This document shows, piece by piece, positions 7,529 to 15,447 of a stretch of DNA of 46,349 nucleotides; position 1 is the stretch's first letter; every line of letters starts with the position of its first letter. Made by a program: the position numbers and the translations under genes. The notes under the pieces were generated by a model. That model was not told where the DNA came from and did no database searches. It saw only the letters and a program-made list of their open reading frames with translations. The DNA lies in IMG/VR virus record IMGVR_UViG_3300025525_000001; one strand, 5' to 3'. Origin of the DNA: a virus.

Positions 7529-7711
7529 TTAAATCCTTGTTTGACGGGGACAATCCCCGTGCACAAGTAGATATATACCCTCATTGTCCGAGGGAGTCAA
7601 ATATATAATTCCCGTTTTCAACAGCTCGATCAAGTCGGCCACCGTCATGTGGCCCTGCGCGTTAAACCGGGTTTCCAGCTCGGTGCGCTTTGCTTCTTGT
7701 CTCTTGGTCAT
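7529..7711 (-). CDS. Hypothetical 60-aa protein (contains the AT-rich island)
   Basis: The ATG at 7711 is coupled (ATGA) to the DNA polymerase stop. The longer 195-aa track ORF is an Arg-rich upstream extension that overlaps polA. Confidence 0.5.
   Translation of the reverse strand: MTKRQEAKRTELETRFNAQGHMTVADLIELLKTGIIYLTPSDNEGIYLLVHGDCPRQTRI
7572..7600 (-). promoter_or_regulatory. Consensus-like sigma70 promoter TTGACT-N17-TATATA with a palindromic spacer
   Basis: On the minus strand: TTGACT (7600-7595), a 17-nt spacer CCCTCGGACAATGAGGG (CCCTC/GAGGG arms) and TATATA (7577-7572). The GGGGACAATCCCC hairpin (7546-7558) and an AAGGA RBS lie downstream, before the ATG at 7525. Confidence 0.45.
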
Positions 7712-9663
7712 TTCCGATACCTTTGTCCTTCCCACCCCGAAGCGGCCAGCGGAAGGCCGGTCGCCCAAGGGGGTACGGTTGACATCGTGGCACACAACCA
7801 ATCGCTTGAAAACCCCTTTTCGTCGAGTGTCTCGGCGACCAACTCGTCGTGCACGCCGAGAACCAAGCGGTAACCTGCTGCCTCGGCCTCGGGCATATTC
7901 CAAGCCAGCACGTCGCGGGCCCCACCTTGCGTCGCGTTCTCCGCGAGCTTGCCTCCGTAGGTGGTGATGCGTTCCCACTTTCGCGTGTAAATGTTGTGGC
8001 CCATGTAGGTCAGCTTGCCGTCCTCGACGGCGACGCCGGGGTAGCAGAGCACGCGGCCTGACGGCAGGCGCATCCGCAGCCAGGTGCCGTCCCGCTGGAA
8101 GACGATCTTGCCGCACGGCACGCGGCGACCAGGTGACAACGCGGCTTCGATAGCCGCGTCATTCATAGCGTACCAGAACTTGACGATGGCGGGGTTAGCT
8201 TTGCGCCATCCTTTTACTATTTCCAACACGCGCTTTTCAGATAGCTCGACCCCGTATAGCGCAGCCATACTGGTAAAGGCCCCGACAGCCCCTTGGAAAC
8301 CTAGGGCGAGTTCTTGCACTTTTCCAATCAAGCGCATGATGCCGCCCGCTTCCTCATCCGCGATTACCTCTTCGATACTTACTCCGAAGGACCGCGCGTA
8401 GCCGAGGATGTAGAGGTCGTCACCCTTGGCGAAGGCGTCGAGCTTCCACTGTTCGCCAGCCAACCAGGCGAGTAACCGCCCCTCGATGTTCGACAAGTCG
8501 GCCGAGATCATCTTGTAGCCGGGGGCTACGGTCAGCGCGCCACGGATGCAGGCCGAGGCCACCTCCATGACGTTGTCGTAGACCAGGTCCGTGCAGCGCG
8601 CCTTGATCGAAGCGATGCCGGGTTCGATCTCGTTCTTCAGGTGCTTCGGACAGCGGGGCAGATTTTGTGGTTGGAAAAGTCGTCCTGCCCAACGACCGGT
8701 TCGCGAGGCTCCGCAGAACTGCAACGTTCCGCGCAGCCGCCCGTCGCTGGACGTCGAGCGGATGAGCGCCTTGTATTTCGTGGTCGAGGTGGTGCTGGTC
8801 ATGAGCCTGACCCGCAGCAGCTCCTTCAGGGGGTCCGGCAGGTTCTCATCGGCCAGCCGCCTTTCGATGGTGGCCTTGCGCATATCGGGGAGATCGACAC
8901 CGTACTCGGCGAGGATATGCGCCAGCATCCTATCACGCTGGCTGGCCTTCTCAACGTCGTCGCCGGTCAGCTCTTTCGTTCGCTCATCGTAGCCAGTTTG
9001 AGCCAGCCCGACGGTGTCCACAGCGGCCTCGGCCAGCGCCAGATCGACGGCGACGCCCCGGTCGTTGATCTTCTGGTCTAGCATCCACAGCTCGCGCTCA
9101 CGCTGGTTGCCGGGGTAGTTCCACTTGGGCAGGCGCTTGCGCACCTCGCGCATCGAGACGATGTCCGAGCCGGCGTAGTCGAGGAACCGCTGCCACTCGA
9201 CGGGGTGGGTGTGGCGCGTCGCGCGCCTGATCTTCTGGTTCTTGGGGCGAGGTTTGCAGAAGAGCTGCACCAGCGCCTTGCCCGCCTTGTGCTTCGACAG
9301 GTCCACGGGCACGCCGAGGATCGAGCAGAGGGTGTCGAGCGACCCGGGCAGGCTGTGCGCCAGGGCCTGGACCATCGTGTCCACGACCTTCTCGACGGGC
9401 ATCTCGTAGCCCCAGGCGTGGCGCAGGACGGTGCGGTCGAAGGCCGAGTTGTGCCAGACCTGCTCCTCGGCGGCGTCGGCCGCGGCCAGGGCCACCTTGA
9501 CCTTGTCCTCCCAGCCGGGCGCGGTGCAGTCGATCACCTCGACCTCGCCCTCGTCCACGGCCCAGGCGAGGATCGTGATCTCGACCTTCTCGGCGTAGCG
9601 GTGGAGGCCGTGGTTCAGCGGCACCTCGCAATAGGTCTCTGTATCCCCGAAAAAGGTGGTCAT
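7708..9663 (-). CDS. Family-A DNA polymerase with 3'-5' exonuclease domain
   Basis: Exo I FGDTETY; motif A ISADLSNIEGRLLAW; motif B RLIGKVQELALGFQG; motif C LGVHDELV. The internal ATG at 9663 is coupled (ATGA) to the upstream stop. The N-terminal 53 residues of the track ORF are an Arg-rich extension. Confidence 0.9.
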   Translation of the reverse strand: MTTFFGDTETYCEVPLNHGLHRYAEKVEITILAWAVDEGEVEVIDCTAPGWEDKVKVALAAADAAEEQVWHNSAFDRTVLRHAWGYEMPVEKVVDTMVQALAHSLPGSLDTLCSILGVPVDLSKHKAGKALVQLFCKPRPKNQKIRRATRHTHPVEWQRFLDYAGSDIVSMREVRKRLPKWNYPGNQRERELWMLDQKINDRGVAVDLALAEAAVDTVGLAQTGYDERTKELTGDDVEKASQRDRMLAHILAEYGVDLPDMRKATIERRLADENLPDPLKELLRVRLMTSTTSTTKYKALIRSTSSDGRLRGTLQFCGASRTGRWAGRLFQPQNLPRCPKHLKNEIEPGIASIKARCTDLVYDNVMEVASACIRGALTVAPGYKMISADLSNIEGRLLAWLAGEQWKLDAFAKGDDLYILGYARSFGVSIEEVIADEEAGGIMRLIGKVQELALGFQGAVGAFTSMAALYGVELSEKRVLEIVKGWRKANPAIVKFWYAMNDAAIEAALSPGRRVPCGKIVFQRDGTWLRMRLPSGRVLCYPGVAVEDGKLTYMGHNIYTRKWERITTYGGKLAENATQGGARDVLAWNMPEAEAAGYRLVLGVHDELVAETLDEKGFSSDWLCATMSTVPPWATGLPLAASGWEGQRYRK

Positions 9664-10265
9664 ACGAGGTCTCGCCCGTCGAGGTGCAGATGTTTGACGA
9701 ACTTGTGTTTGCCGTAAGCGCCGACCAACCTGTGCCCGAGCGCCTCCATCTCGGCCTTGGTGCGAGTGCGACCTGGGTTCCCGGTTCGGGTGGCGATCTG
9801 CCGGCCTTCGCTGTTTTCCCAACGCGCGTTGACCGAAGAAACGCCGCAGTATCCCCAGCCTGTTGCGCGGTAAATGCCGCCTGTGTGCTCCATAAACTGA
9901 TCGGCGTAAGTCACCAGCGAGACGTAACGGCGGTCGGCTTCGACCAGCCTTATGCTTCGAGCCATAAGAAATGATGCGCCGTTCTTTGGCACATCAGGGT
10001 GTACCGCAAGGCGAGACAACGCGAGCACGCGCTTATACTCGGAAGGGTTGACGCTCTTTCCTACCACGGACAAGCAAGGCATCCACCAAGCTACACCCAT
10101 AATCCGGTCGCTGCCGCGCCGGTATAGGCCGTGCATGAACACGCAAGTGTTGGCCCCACCCTTGGCGTAGTGGTGCTCGGTTATGAACGCCCGGCCTTCG
10201 GAGAACCCGACGCTGCGCACTTCCCACTCGGCCTTCCGCAGCCGGTCTTCGTAACCCTCGGTCAT
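9660..10265 (-). CDS. Mom-like GNAT-fold protein (putative DNA base-modification enzyme)
   Basis: GRAFITEHHYAKG...MGVAWW...VLALSRLAVHPDVPKNGASFLMARSIR...VSLVTYADQFMEHTGGIYRATGWGY matches my memory of the Mom-family pattern (A..FI..HHY..., eLsRl, nseS.fl, lvsyaD..gH.G.iY.A.gw). The ATG at 10265 is coupled (ATGA). Confidence 0.45.
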   Translation of the reverse strand: MTEGYEDRLRKAEWEVRSVGFSEGRAFITEHHYAKGGANTCVFMHGLYRRGSDRIMGVAWWMPCLSVVGKSVNPSEYKRVLALSRLAVHPDVPKNGASFLMARSIRLVEADRRYVSLVTYADQFMEHTGGIYRATGWGYCGVSSVNARWENSEGRQIATRTGNPGRTRTKAEMEALGHRLVGAYGKHKFVKHLHLDGRDLV

Positions 10266-10855
10266 CGGTTCTTGCCCCGGCGGCTCCGCAGACGGGTCCA
10301 GGTCCACCCGAAGGCGTGCTTGGACACGCCGCCCGCGGCGTTCTTCACGGCCACAGCCCACTTCGGCTCGCTGCTGCCGGTCAGGCACCGCGCCGCCTCG
10401 GTGGTGGTCATGAAGTAGAGCACCTGGTCCCCGCGCCGGGCTTCGAGCGCAGCGTCCTCGGCGGCGATGTCGACGTAATAGCTGCGCGGCTTCTCGATGT
10501 CCGGCGTCTTGCCAGCGTGGCCCTTGCCGGGCCCGGTGCGGGGTTGCCGCAGGTCTTCGCGGTCCACCGACCCCTCGATCCTGTGCCGGGCGTCCTTGGC
10601 CAGCAGGATCGCCCGCAGCGCCTCGGCGCGGGCCAGCCGATCAGGATGAGGATCGCCTGTCGCCTCCGGCGGAAGAGGGCGGCCCGGCGGCTTGCGGTTA
10701 GGAAAGGAGGCATAACCCCGCCCGCCGAAACCCTGATCCAAGCCAGCTTGCACTTCGGGCAGTTTGGAGGTCGAGGTGCCCCGATCAAACACCGGAATAT
10801 CTCTGGCGCTGTACGGGTGGGCGTTACCCGCCCTGTAAACGTACTCTCGTGACAT
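10262..10855 (-). CDS. Hypothetical protein
   Basis: 197-aa ORF with the AAAAGGACAAG RBS motif 5 nt upstream of the ATG. The C-terminus (YFMTTTEAARCLTGSS...GWTW) looks like a small HTH module. Confidence 0.6.
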   Translation of the reverse strand: MSREYVYRAGNAHPYSARDIPVFDRGTSTSKLPEVQAGLDQGFGGRGYASFPNRKPPGRPLPPEATGDPHPDRLARAEALRAILLAKDARHRIEGSVDREDLRQPRTGPGKGHAGKTPDIEKPRSYYVDIAAEDAALEARRGDQVLYFMTTTEAARCLTGSSEPKWAVAVKNAAGGVSKHAFGWTWTRLRSRRGKNR

Positions 10856-10880
10856 AAGCTCTTGTCCTTTTAGGCAGTCG

Positions 10881-10900
10881 GGGCGGCCCGAAGACCGCCC
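10881..10900 (-). other. GC hairpin in the only sizeable gap of the early block
   Basis: gggcgg (10881-86) pairs with ccgccc (10895-900) around an 8-nt loop. No U-run follows on the minus strand. It sits between the SSB stop and the next RBS. Confidence 0.35.
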
Positions 10901-10908
10901 TCCCTGCG

Positions 10909-11634
10909 TTACGCCAGGTCGTCGGCGTCAGCGCCTTCGACAACGTCGAAGTCGTCGGCGCTGGCCGGCGTGCCGCCCGAGAAGGCGTCGCCGTCCCTGA
11001 CGAACTGCAGCGCCTTCAGCTCGGCGCGCAGCGCCTTGCCGTAGTTGTTCTGCTGCGCCCAGATTTCGATCTGCAGGTTGGCGTAGCAGCCAGAGTAGGG
11101 CCGACCGTCGGCGGCGACCAGCGGCGTGCGGTCCTTGTCGATCAGCAGCGGCCGGGTCTTGGACTTGGCCGAGATATAGTAGCTGTCCTCGAACCCGTCG
11201 TAGGGCTCGCCGTCGCCGTTTTTGTAGGGCTCCTTGACGAAGGGAACCTCGATGGTCTTCGGCTTGCCGAGCTTGGTCAGGCCGTCGAAGATGGCCTGGC
11301 CCTTGGCTCCCCACTTCTCCTTAGCGACCTGGAGCATGGCGGCGTCGAGCGCGGCGACGGTCTTCTTGTCGGCCGGGTCGACGATGAACTTGCCGTTGTA
11401 GGCGGGCGGGCCGCCCTCGAAGCTAGTGGCCTCGAAGACGTTAAGGAACGCACAACGGACGGGAACGATGATTTTCATGACTTCTCTCTTGAACATTTCC
11501 GGGTGAAGAGCACGGACACGGGCTGTGGCCTGCTCGATGGCGATCCGACGGTCCATAGACCCCGGCTCGCCGATGGTTGCTGCCTTCTTCAATATCTCCT
11601 GTGCTGCGGCGGGCAGCTCGCCAATACGCTTCAT
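10909..11634 (-). CDS. Single-stranded-DNA-binding protein (DUF2815 type)
   Basis: From MKIIVPVRCAFLNVFEA... onward the protein shows the DUF2815 pattern, with an acidic C-terminal tail (DDFDVVEGADADDLA). An alternative start at 11478 would remove a 52-aa N-terminal extension. Confidence 0.75.
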   Translation of the reverse strand: MKRIGELPAAAQEILKKAATIGEPGSMDRRIAIEQATARVRALHPEMFKREVMKIIVPVRCAFLNVFEATSFEGGPPAYNGKFIVDPADKKTVAALDAAMLQVAKEKWGAKGQAIFDGLTKLGKPKTIEVPFVKEPYKNGDGEPYDGFEDSYYISAKSKTRPLLIDKDRTPLVAADGRPYSGCYANLQIEIWAQQNNYGKALRAELKALQFVRDGDAFSGGTPASADDFDVVEGADADDLA

Positions 11635-11638
11635 GCGA

Positions 11639-11728
11639 CTAGCGCACCGGAAGCACGGTGTCGAGCACGTCGAGCACGAGGCGGGCGGCCCCGTACACAG
11701 CGAACAGGATGACGATGATCTCGATCAT
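11639..11728 (-). CDS. Micro-ORF: 29-aa hydrophobic peptide
   Basis: Read by hand as MIEIIVILFAVYGAARLVLDVLDTVLPVR*. It exactly fills the gap between 11732 and 11634 (3-nt and 4-nt spacers). It is below the ORF-track size cut-off. Confidence 0.4.
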   Translation of the reverse strand: MIEIIVILFAVYGAARLVLDVLDTVLPVR

Positions 11729-11731
11729 CGG

Positions 11732-11947
11732 TCAGCGCGTCGGGTAGGGTTCGATGGAGCGCGCGTCGATAGTGCAGTTGCTCACCGTCGCGTAGTTGAT
11801 CGACACGCCTTGCTGGAAAACCGTCAGCGCGTGGCGGATCGTTTCCTGCTCGGCGTTCGCCGCCATGATGGAAATGATGGCGTCGGCCAGAGGCTTCGCA
11901 GCATCTTTGATGTTGGACGAGCCGTCGATGTGGATGCCGGTTTGCAT
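11732..11947 (-). CDS. Hypothetical protein
   Basis: 71-aa ORF in the early block with an ATG start. Confidence 0.55.
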   Translation of the reverse strand: MQTGIHIDGSSNIKDAAKPLADAIISIMAANAEQETIRHALTVFQQGVSINYATVSNCTIDARSIEPYPTR

Positions 11948-11960
11948 GGTGTGGGTCCTC

Positions 11961-13217
11961 CTAGACCAGGTCCGAGCCGTCGTCGATGACGGCGAAGTCG
12001 TCGGCGGATGCCGCGACGCTGATAGCAGGCCTGCCGTCCGTCACCGGGGCGACAGAGGGCTTGCCCTGGTTCTGGGCGTACTGCGCCTGCAGCTTCTTCC
12101 ACTGGCGCTCGCCGATCCGCCCGGCCTTGTAGAGCTTCTCGGCGGTGGTGGGCGAGATCAGCTTGAAATCAAACATCTCGTCCTGCTTCAGCCTCATCGA
12201 CTTTAGCTGGAGTTGGGCCTCGTCCTCGTTGATCCACTTGCGGTGGCCCTTCTTGCCCTCGACCAGTTTATAGCCGGGGACTTCGCGGCCAGCGACCAGA
12301 CGGCGCTCCACCTCGGCGCGGACGGACTTGACCCACCCCTCGATCAGGTCAGCCTTGTCCATCGCGAAGGCCAGGTAGTCGTCGCTGGCCGTCTCGTCCA
12401 CGGTGACGCTCTCGACGGTCAGGTCGGAGAAGTCGTCGGCCGTGGCCGCAGCGGTGACCGCCGTCGAGCGGACTTCCTGGGCCAGGGCGGGACAGACCGA
12501 CTTGGCCTTGCACCACTGGCATTGGCTCTCGCCGGGCACCAGCGACAAGGCCAGCCGGTCGTCCTGCTCGAACTGCGCCACGGCCACCTTGGCGGCGACA
12601 CGGGCGGTGACCGCGAAGTACTCCAGGTCTTCGACCGGCAGCTCGTAGGTGCTCGGCGTCATCGAGACCTTCGGCTGGAAGATGGTCAGCACCACGCGGG
12701 TTATGTCGTAGGCCAGCGAGACGGCGTCGAGCGCGCCCAGGCCGTAAAGCATGAGCTGCTTGTTCTCTTCGGCGTCCACGAACCGCCGGCCGTATTTCAG
12801 GTCCACAACGTGCAGGGTGTCGTCGACCACGACCAGGGTGTCGGCGGTGCCGAAGCAGTCCGGCTGTTCGAGGTGGCGTGACAGGTCGACCTTCTGCTCG
12901 GGCAACAGCACGCCGCCGAGACCGCGGACGTAGTCACAGTATCCCTGGACACCCTCGATCATCTCCTCGTCGACCTCGAACTTGCGCCCGCTGTCCTCGA
13001 CCTCGATCAGGCGGCCGGCGTAGGCGCTCGCGTCCTGGCCGGTGGTCAGGCACCAGTCCAGCAGCTGGTGGGCGGCGGTGCCCTCGTCAGCGTAGACGCT
13101 GCCGGTGTTGGGGAACGGCGCTTCGAGCTTGAGCGAACCCGGGCAGGCCATCCAGCGGTGAGCGCCAGAGGGCGAGAGGCGAGCGTGCGCCTTGGTGACG
13201 GTCAGGTTATCGGTCAC
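11961..13217 (-). CDS. PD-(D/E)xK exonuclease, DUF2800/Cas4-like with a 4-Cys cluster
   Basis: HARLSPSGAHRWMACPGS, VVDLKYG and CQWCKAKSVC give one N-terminal plus three C-terminal Cys, as in Cas4/AddB Fe-S nucleases. The GTG start at 13217 is preferred because homologues begin near the HA.LS.S motif. The track ORF extends to 13280. Confidence 0.75.
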   Translation of the reverse strand: MTDNLTVTKAHARLSPSGAHRWMACPGSLKLEAPFPNTGSVYADEGTAAHQLLDWCLTTGQDASAYAGRLIEVEDSGRKFEVDEEMIEGVQGYCDYVRGLGGVLLPEQKVDLSRHLEQPDCFGTADTLVVVDDTLHVVDLKYGRRFVDAEENKQLMLYGLGALDAVSLAYDITRVVLTIFQPKVSMTPSTYELPVEDLEYFAVTARVAAKVAVAQFEQDDRLALSLVPGESQCQWCKAKSVCPALAQEVRSTAVTAAATADDFSDLTVESVTVDETASDDYLAFAMDKADLIEGWVKSVRAEVERRLVAGREVPGYKLVEGKKGHRKWINEDEAQLQLKSMRLKQDEMFDFKLISPTTAEKLYKAGRIGERQWKKLQAQYAQNQGKPSVAPVTDGRPAISVAASADDFAVIDDGSDLV

Positions 13218-13383
13218 GGGATTGCGCCGTCCAGATGAGGCCCAAGCTGTTGACGAGGAGGCCAACCATGAGGACACCATCCATCACGTCGGGCTTCGGC
13301 AGCAGGACTTGGGCGAACATGGCGATGACGCCAATTACCCCAAAGGCGACGCCGCTCGCGAATATCTTGGGCACAAGGTTCAT
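13207..13383 (-). CDS. Micro-ORF: 58-aa two-TM membrane protein
   Basis: Read by hand as MNLVPKIFASGVAFGVIGVIAMFAQVLLPKPDVMDGVLMVGLLVNSLGLIWTAQSRDR*. The ATG at 13383 is coupled (ATGA) to the upstream stop. The gene is absent from the ORF track. Confidence 0.5.
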   Translation of the reverse strand: MNLVPKIFASGVAFGVIGVIAMFAQVLLPKPDVMDGVLMVGLLVNSLGLIWTAQSRDR

Positions 13384-13643
13384 GGTCTTTGGCTCCTGCG
13401 GTTCGAGTGGTGGGCGGGCGTCGCGGTCAGGGTGTCGCCGCGCTCGATGCCTAGTTTGACCAGTTTGCGCAGCACCTGTTTGCGTTCGCCCCGGGTGAGG
13501 GGGATGTCCTGGTCGCCTACGCGGATCAGCTTGACGTTGCCCTTCGGCGCGGGGGCCGGACGCCGGGGGGCGTCCTTTACCAGGTCCGCGCCGAAGATCA
13601 TCGCGCCGCCCGACGGGCTGTTCATACCGCGGCGGTTATTCAC
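13380..13643 (-). CDS. Hypothetical protein
   Basis: 87-aa ORF with a GTG start overlapping the upstream gene by 8 nt. An alternative ATG lies at 13625. Confidence 0.5.
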   Translation of the reverse strand: MNNRRGMNSPSGGAMIFGADLVKDAPRRPAPAPKGNVKLIRVGDQDIPLTRGERKQVLRKLVKLGIERGDTLTATPAHHSNRRSQRP

Positions 13644-14073
13644 CGGCCTGCACCTCCGCGGCGCGGGCCAGGAACTCGGGCCAGCGGGCTTCCTCGACCT
13701 CGTCGCCCTTCTTCGCGCCGAACTCGGCGAGCAAGGCGACAGCGGCCTCGCGGCCCTTGGCCAGCGAGGTGGCCATCACCGCCTTCTTGATGTCGTTGTA
13801 TTCGATCACAGCGACTTCAGGGTCGGCGTGCGCAGGTTCCGACTTCTCCTCGGCCTGGGGCTCCTCGGCTCCAAGCTCGGACCCAGCCTCCTCCGACGGG
13901 TCGGACGTAGGCGGTGTGGTCTTGGCCTTGCCCGCAGACCGGGCAGGCTTTTCCGGCTTGGCGTCCTCGGCCGGCGGCTCGGGGGCCTGCAGCTGGCGGT
14001 TGCCCATAGCCGCGGCCAGGTTGTTGATGGCGGCGGCCAGCTCGGGGCATTTGATGTCGAGGGTGATGTTCAT
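13636..14073 (-). CDS. Hypothetical acidic/Pro-rich protein
   Basis: 145-aa ORF with structured ends flanking a low-complexity P/E/A linker. The start is ATGA-coupled. Confidence 0.6.
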   Translation of the reverse strand: MNITLDIKCPELAAAINNLAAAMGNRQLQAPEPPAEDAKPEKPARSAGKAKTTPPTSDPSEEAGSELGAEEPQAEEKSEPAHADPEVAVIEYNDIKKAVMATSLAKGREAAVALLAEFGAKKGDEVEEARWPEFLARAAEVQAGE

Positions 14074-14303
14074 GGGGTTTCCTTCCAGGTGAGATCGGCG
14101 AGAATAGGATCGGTGGCGGTGAGGCTTTCGAGGAACCGCGCCGTGTCGGCGGGGTCCATAGGTGCCTCGAAGACGTAGCAGTCGTCGAGGCGTTCGGCGA
14201 GTTCGAGGATCAGGTCGCCGTCCGTGAAGTACGGCTCGGCGACCCGGCGGGCGTGGGCGATCAGATCGCGCACGGTCATACCCTTCAGCTGGGTGCGGGT
14301 CAT
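14070..14303 (-). CDS. Hypothetical protein
   Basis: 77-aa ORF, ATGA-coupled at both ends. Confidence 0.6.
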   Translation of the reverse strand: MTRTQLKGMTVRDLIAHARRVAEPYFTDGDLILELAERLDDCYVFEAPMDPADTARFLESLTATDPILADLTWKETP

Positions 14304-14395
14304 GTCAGCACACGGAACAGCATGACCCAGAAGGCGGCGCAGAGCGAGAGGGCCGCCGCCCAGAAGGTGATGAAGGACCAGTCGAACCGCTTCAC
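14300..14395 (-). CDS. Micro-ORF: 31-aa hydrophobic peptide
   Basis: Read by hand as (V/M)KRFDWSFITFWAAALSLCAAFWVMLFRVLT*. There is a GTGA overlap upstream and an ATGA overlap downstream, so it exactly bridges two called genes. Confidence 0.45.
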   Translation of the reverse strand: MKRFDWSFITFWAAALSLCAAFWVMLFRVLT

Positions 14396-14739
14396 GAGAC
14401 GCGCTCCAGGTTCGAGGTGAAGGTGGTGTAGCGCCGGTCGGGGTTGACCTTCACCCAGGCCTGATCGCCATCGAAGGCGAGGATTTCGCCCTCCGCGAAC
14501 TCGGCGCGGTAGGACCGAACCCGGTCGCCCACAGCCAGCGGCTTCTCGGCCCGGTCGATGACCTCGACCTTGCCTTCGGCCAGCTCCTTGGCCGAGAAGG
14601 GGGTGCTGAACGGCCCGCCGTCGAGGACGATGTTGAGGCCGCCGTGGTCGTGCGCCTTGCGCACTTTGCCCTCGAACGTCACCCGCACGCGGTCCCCGAC
14701 CTGGGGCTCGGGCGGCGTGAACACCAGCGGCTCGCTCAT
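14392..14739 (-). CDS. Hypothetical protein with two VGDRVR-containing half-repeats
   Basis: 115-aa ORF. VGDRVRVTFEGKV and VGDRVRSYRAEFAEGEI suggest an internal duplication. Confidence 0.6.
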   Translation of the reverse strand: MSEPLVFTPPEPQVGDRVRVTFEGKVRKAHDHGGLNIVLDGGPFSTPFSAKELAEGKVEVIDRAEKPLAVGDRVRSYRAEFAEGEILAFDGDQAWVKVNPDRRYTTFTSNLERVS

Positions 14740-14936
14740 ATCACGGTCTCCTCGGTGTGGTGGGTGGTGAAGGCCCGGGCTTGCCCGGCTTCGATCATCG
14801 ACTTGGCGCGGCGGTAGGCCATGGTGGTGGACCGCTGGACGGTCCAGGCGCTGTGCCGCTCCTGGTGGACTTCGCCATTCTGGTCCTGCCAGACCAGGTT
14901 GGCGGTGTATTTGACGAGCTGCTGGGCGTGGGGCAT
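14736..14936 (-). CDS. Hypothetical 66-aa protein
   Basis: Internal ATG at 14936 (TGATG junction). The upstream part of the 152-aa track ORF is the poly-Arg reading of the triplet repeat. Confidence 0.5.
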   Translation of the reverse strand: MPHAQQLVKYTANLVWQDQNGEVHQERHSAWTVQRSTTMAYRRAKSMIEAGQARAFTTHHTEETVI

Positions 14937-15436
14937 CAGCCGAACACCTCGACCAGAAGAGCGTGTTGCGCTTCGATCTCCTGTTTGCGGGCGGCGGCGG
15001 CGGCGACGGCGGCGTAGGCGGCGGCGGCGGCGGCGGCGACGGCGGCGGTGGTGGTGGCGGCGTCGGCGGCGGCGTAGGCGGCGGCGGCGACGGTGGCGGC
15101 GGCGACGGCGGCGGCGGCCGAACGCGCTGCCTGCAGCTCTTTCAAGTTCGTTGCCGTCGGGTCGGCGACGTAACTGTTTACTGCGTCCAGACAAGCCTGA
15201 ACCCGCGGATCACTATCCGGCCGAACAGCACGCTGGGCGGCGAGCAGGGCGAAGCGAACGCATTTGTCCTTGAGGCCGAGCCTTCCGGCTACCCAGAGGA
15301 TGTCACGCACGGTAGCCCCGGCGGCGAGAGCCTGCTTGACCCCCATCGACTTGCGGCGGCCGAACATCGCGAGGCGGTCAGTCAAGCCGCACGGTTCCAT
15401 CGCAGCGAGCTGTTCGGGGGTGAGGGTGATGGTCAT
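14936..15436 (-). CDS. Hypothetical protein with C-terminal poly-Ala/Tyr/Thr tract
   Basis: The ATG at 15436 is preceded by AAGGACAAG. The globular N-terminal half (ILWVAGRLGLKDKCVRFALLAAQRAV) is followed by AAAAVAAATVAAAAYAAADAATTTAAVAAAAAAAYAAVAAAAA. Confidence 0.65.
   Translation of the reverse strand: MTITLTPEQLAAMEPCGLTDRLAMFGRRKSMGVKQALAAGATVRDILWVAGRLGLKDKCVRFALLAAQRAVRPDSDPRVQACLDAVNSYVADPTATNLKELQAARSAAAAVAAATVAAAAYAAADAATTTAAVAAAAAAAYAAVAAAAARKQEIEAQHALLVEVFG
14987..15120. repeat. Imperfect (GGC/GCC)n triplet-repeat tract (about 134 nt)
   Basis: ggcggcggcggcgacggcggcgtaggcggcggc... Every frame on both strands is open, giving the poly-Arg, poly-Gly and poly-Ala ORFs seen in the track. 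Confidence 0.9.
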
Positions 15437-15447
15437 TGTCTTGTCCT

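Noticed and set aside
14987-15120. Possible CRISPR array or other spaced-repeat locus (also considered for 18864..18923 and 22232..22490).
   Set aside because: There is no repeat-spacer periodicity. The first is a triplet microsatellite inside a gene, the second a single 2 x 30-bp tandem duplication, and the third a set of short 7-11-bp binding-site-like motifs. No cas genes are present.
14736-15273. Poly-Arg (14736..15194 minus, 14821..15273 plus) and poly-Gly (14963..15652 plus) ORFs across the triplet repeat.
   Set aside because: These are frame artefacts of the (GGC/GCC)n tract. Only the poly-Ala frame connects to a globular N-terminal domain with an RBS (14936..15436). The true downstream gene starts at the internal ATG at 14936.
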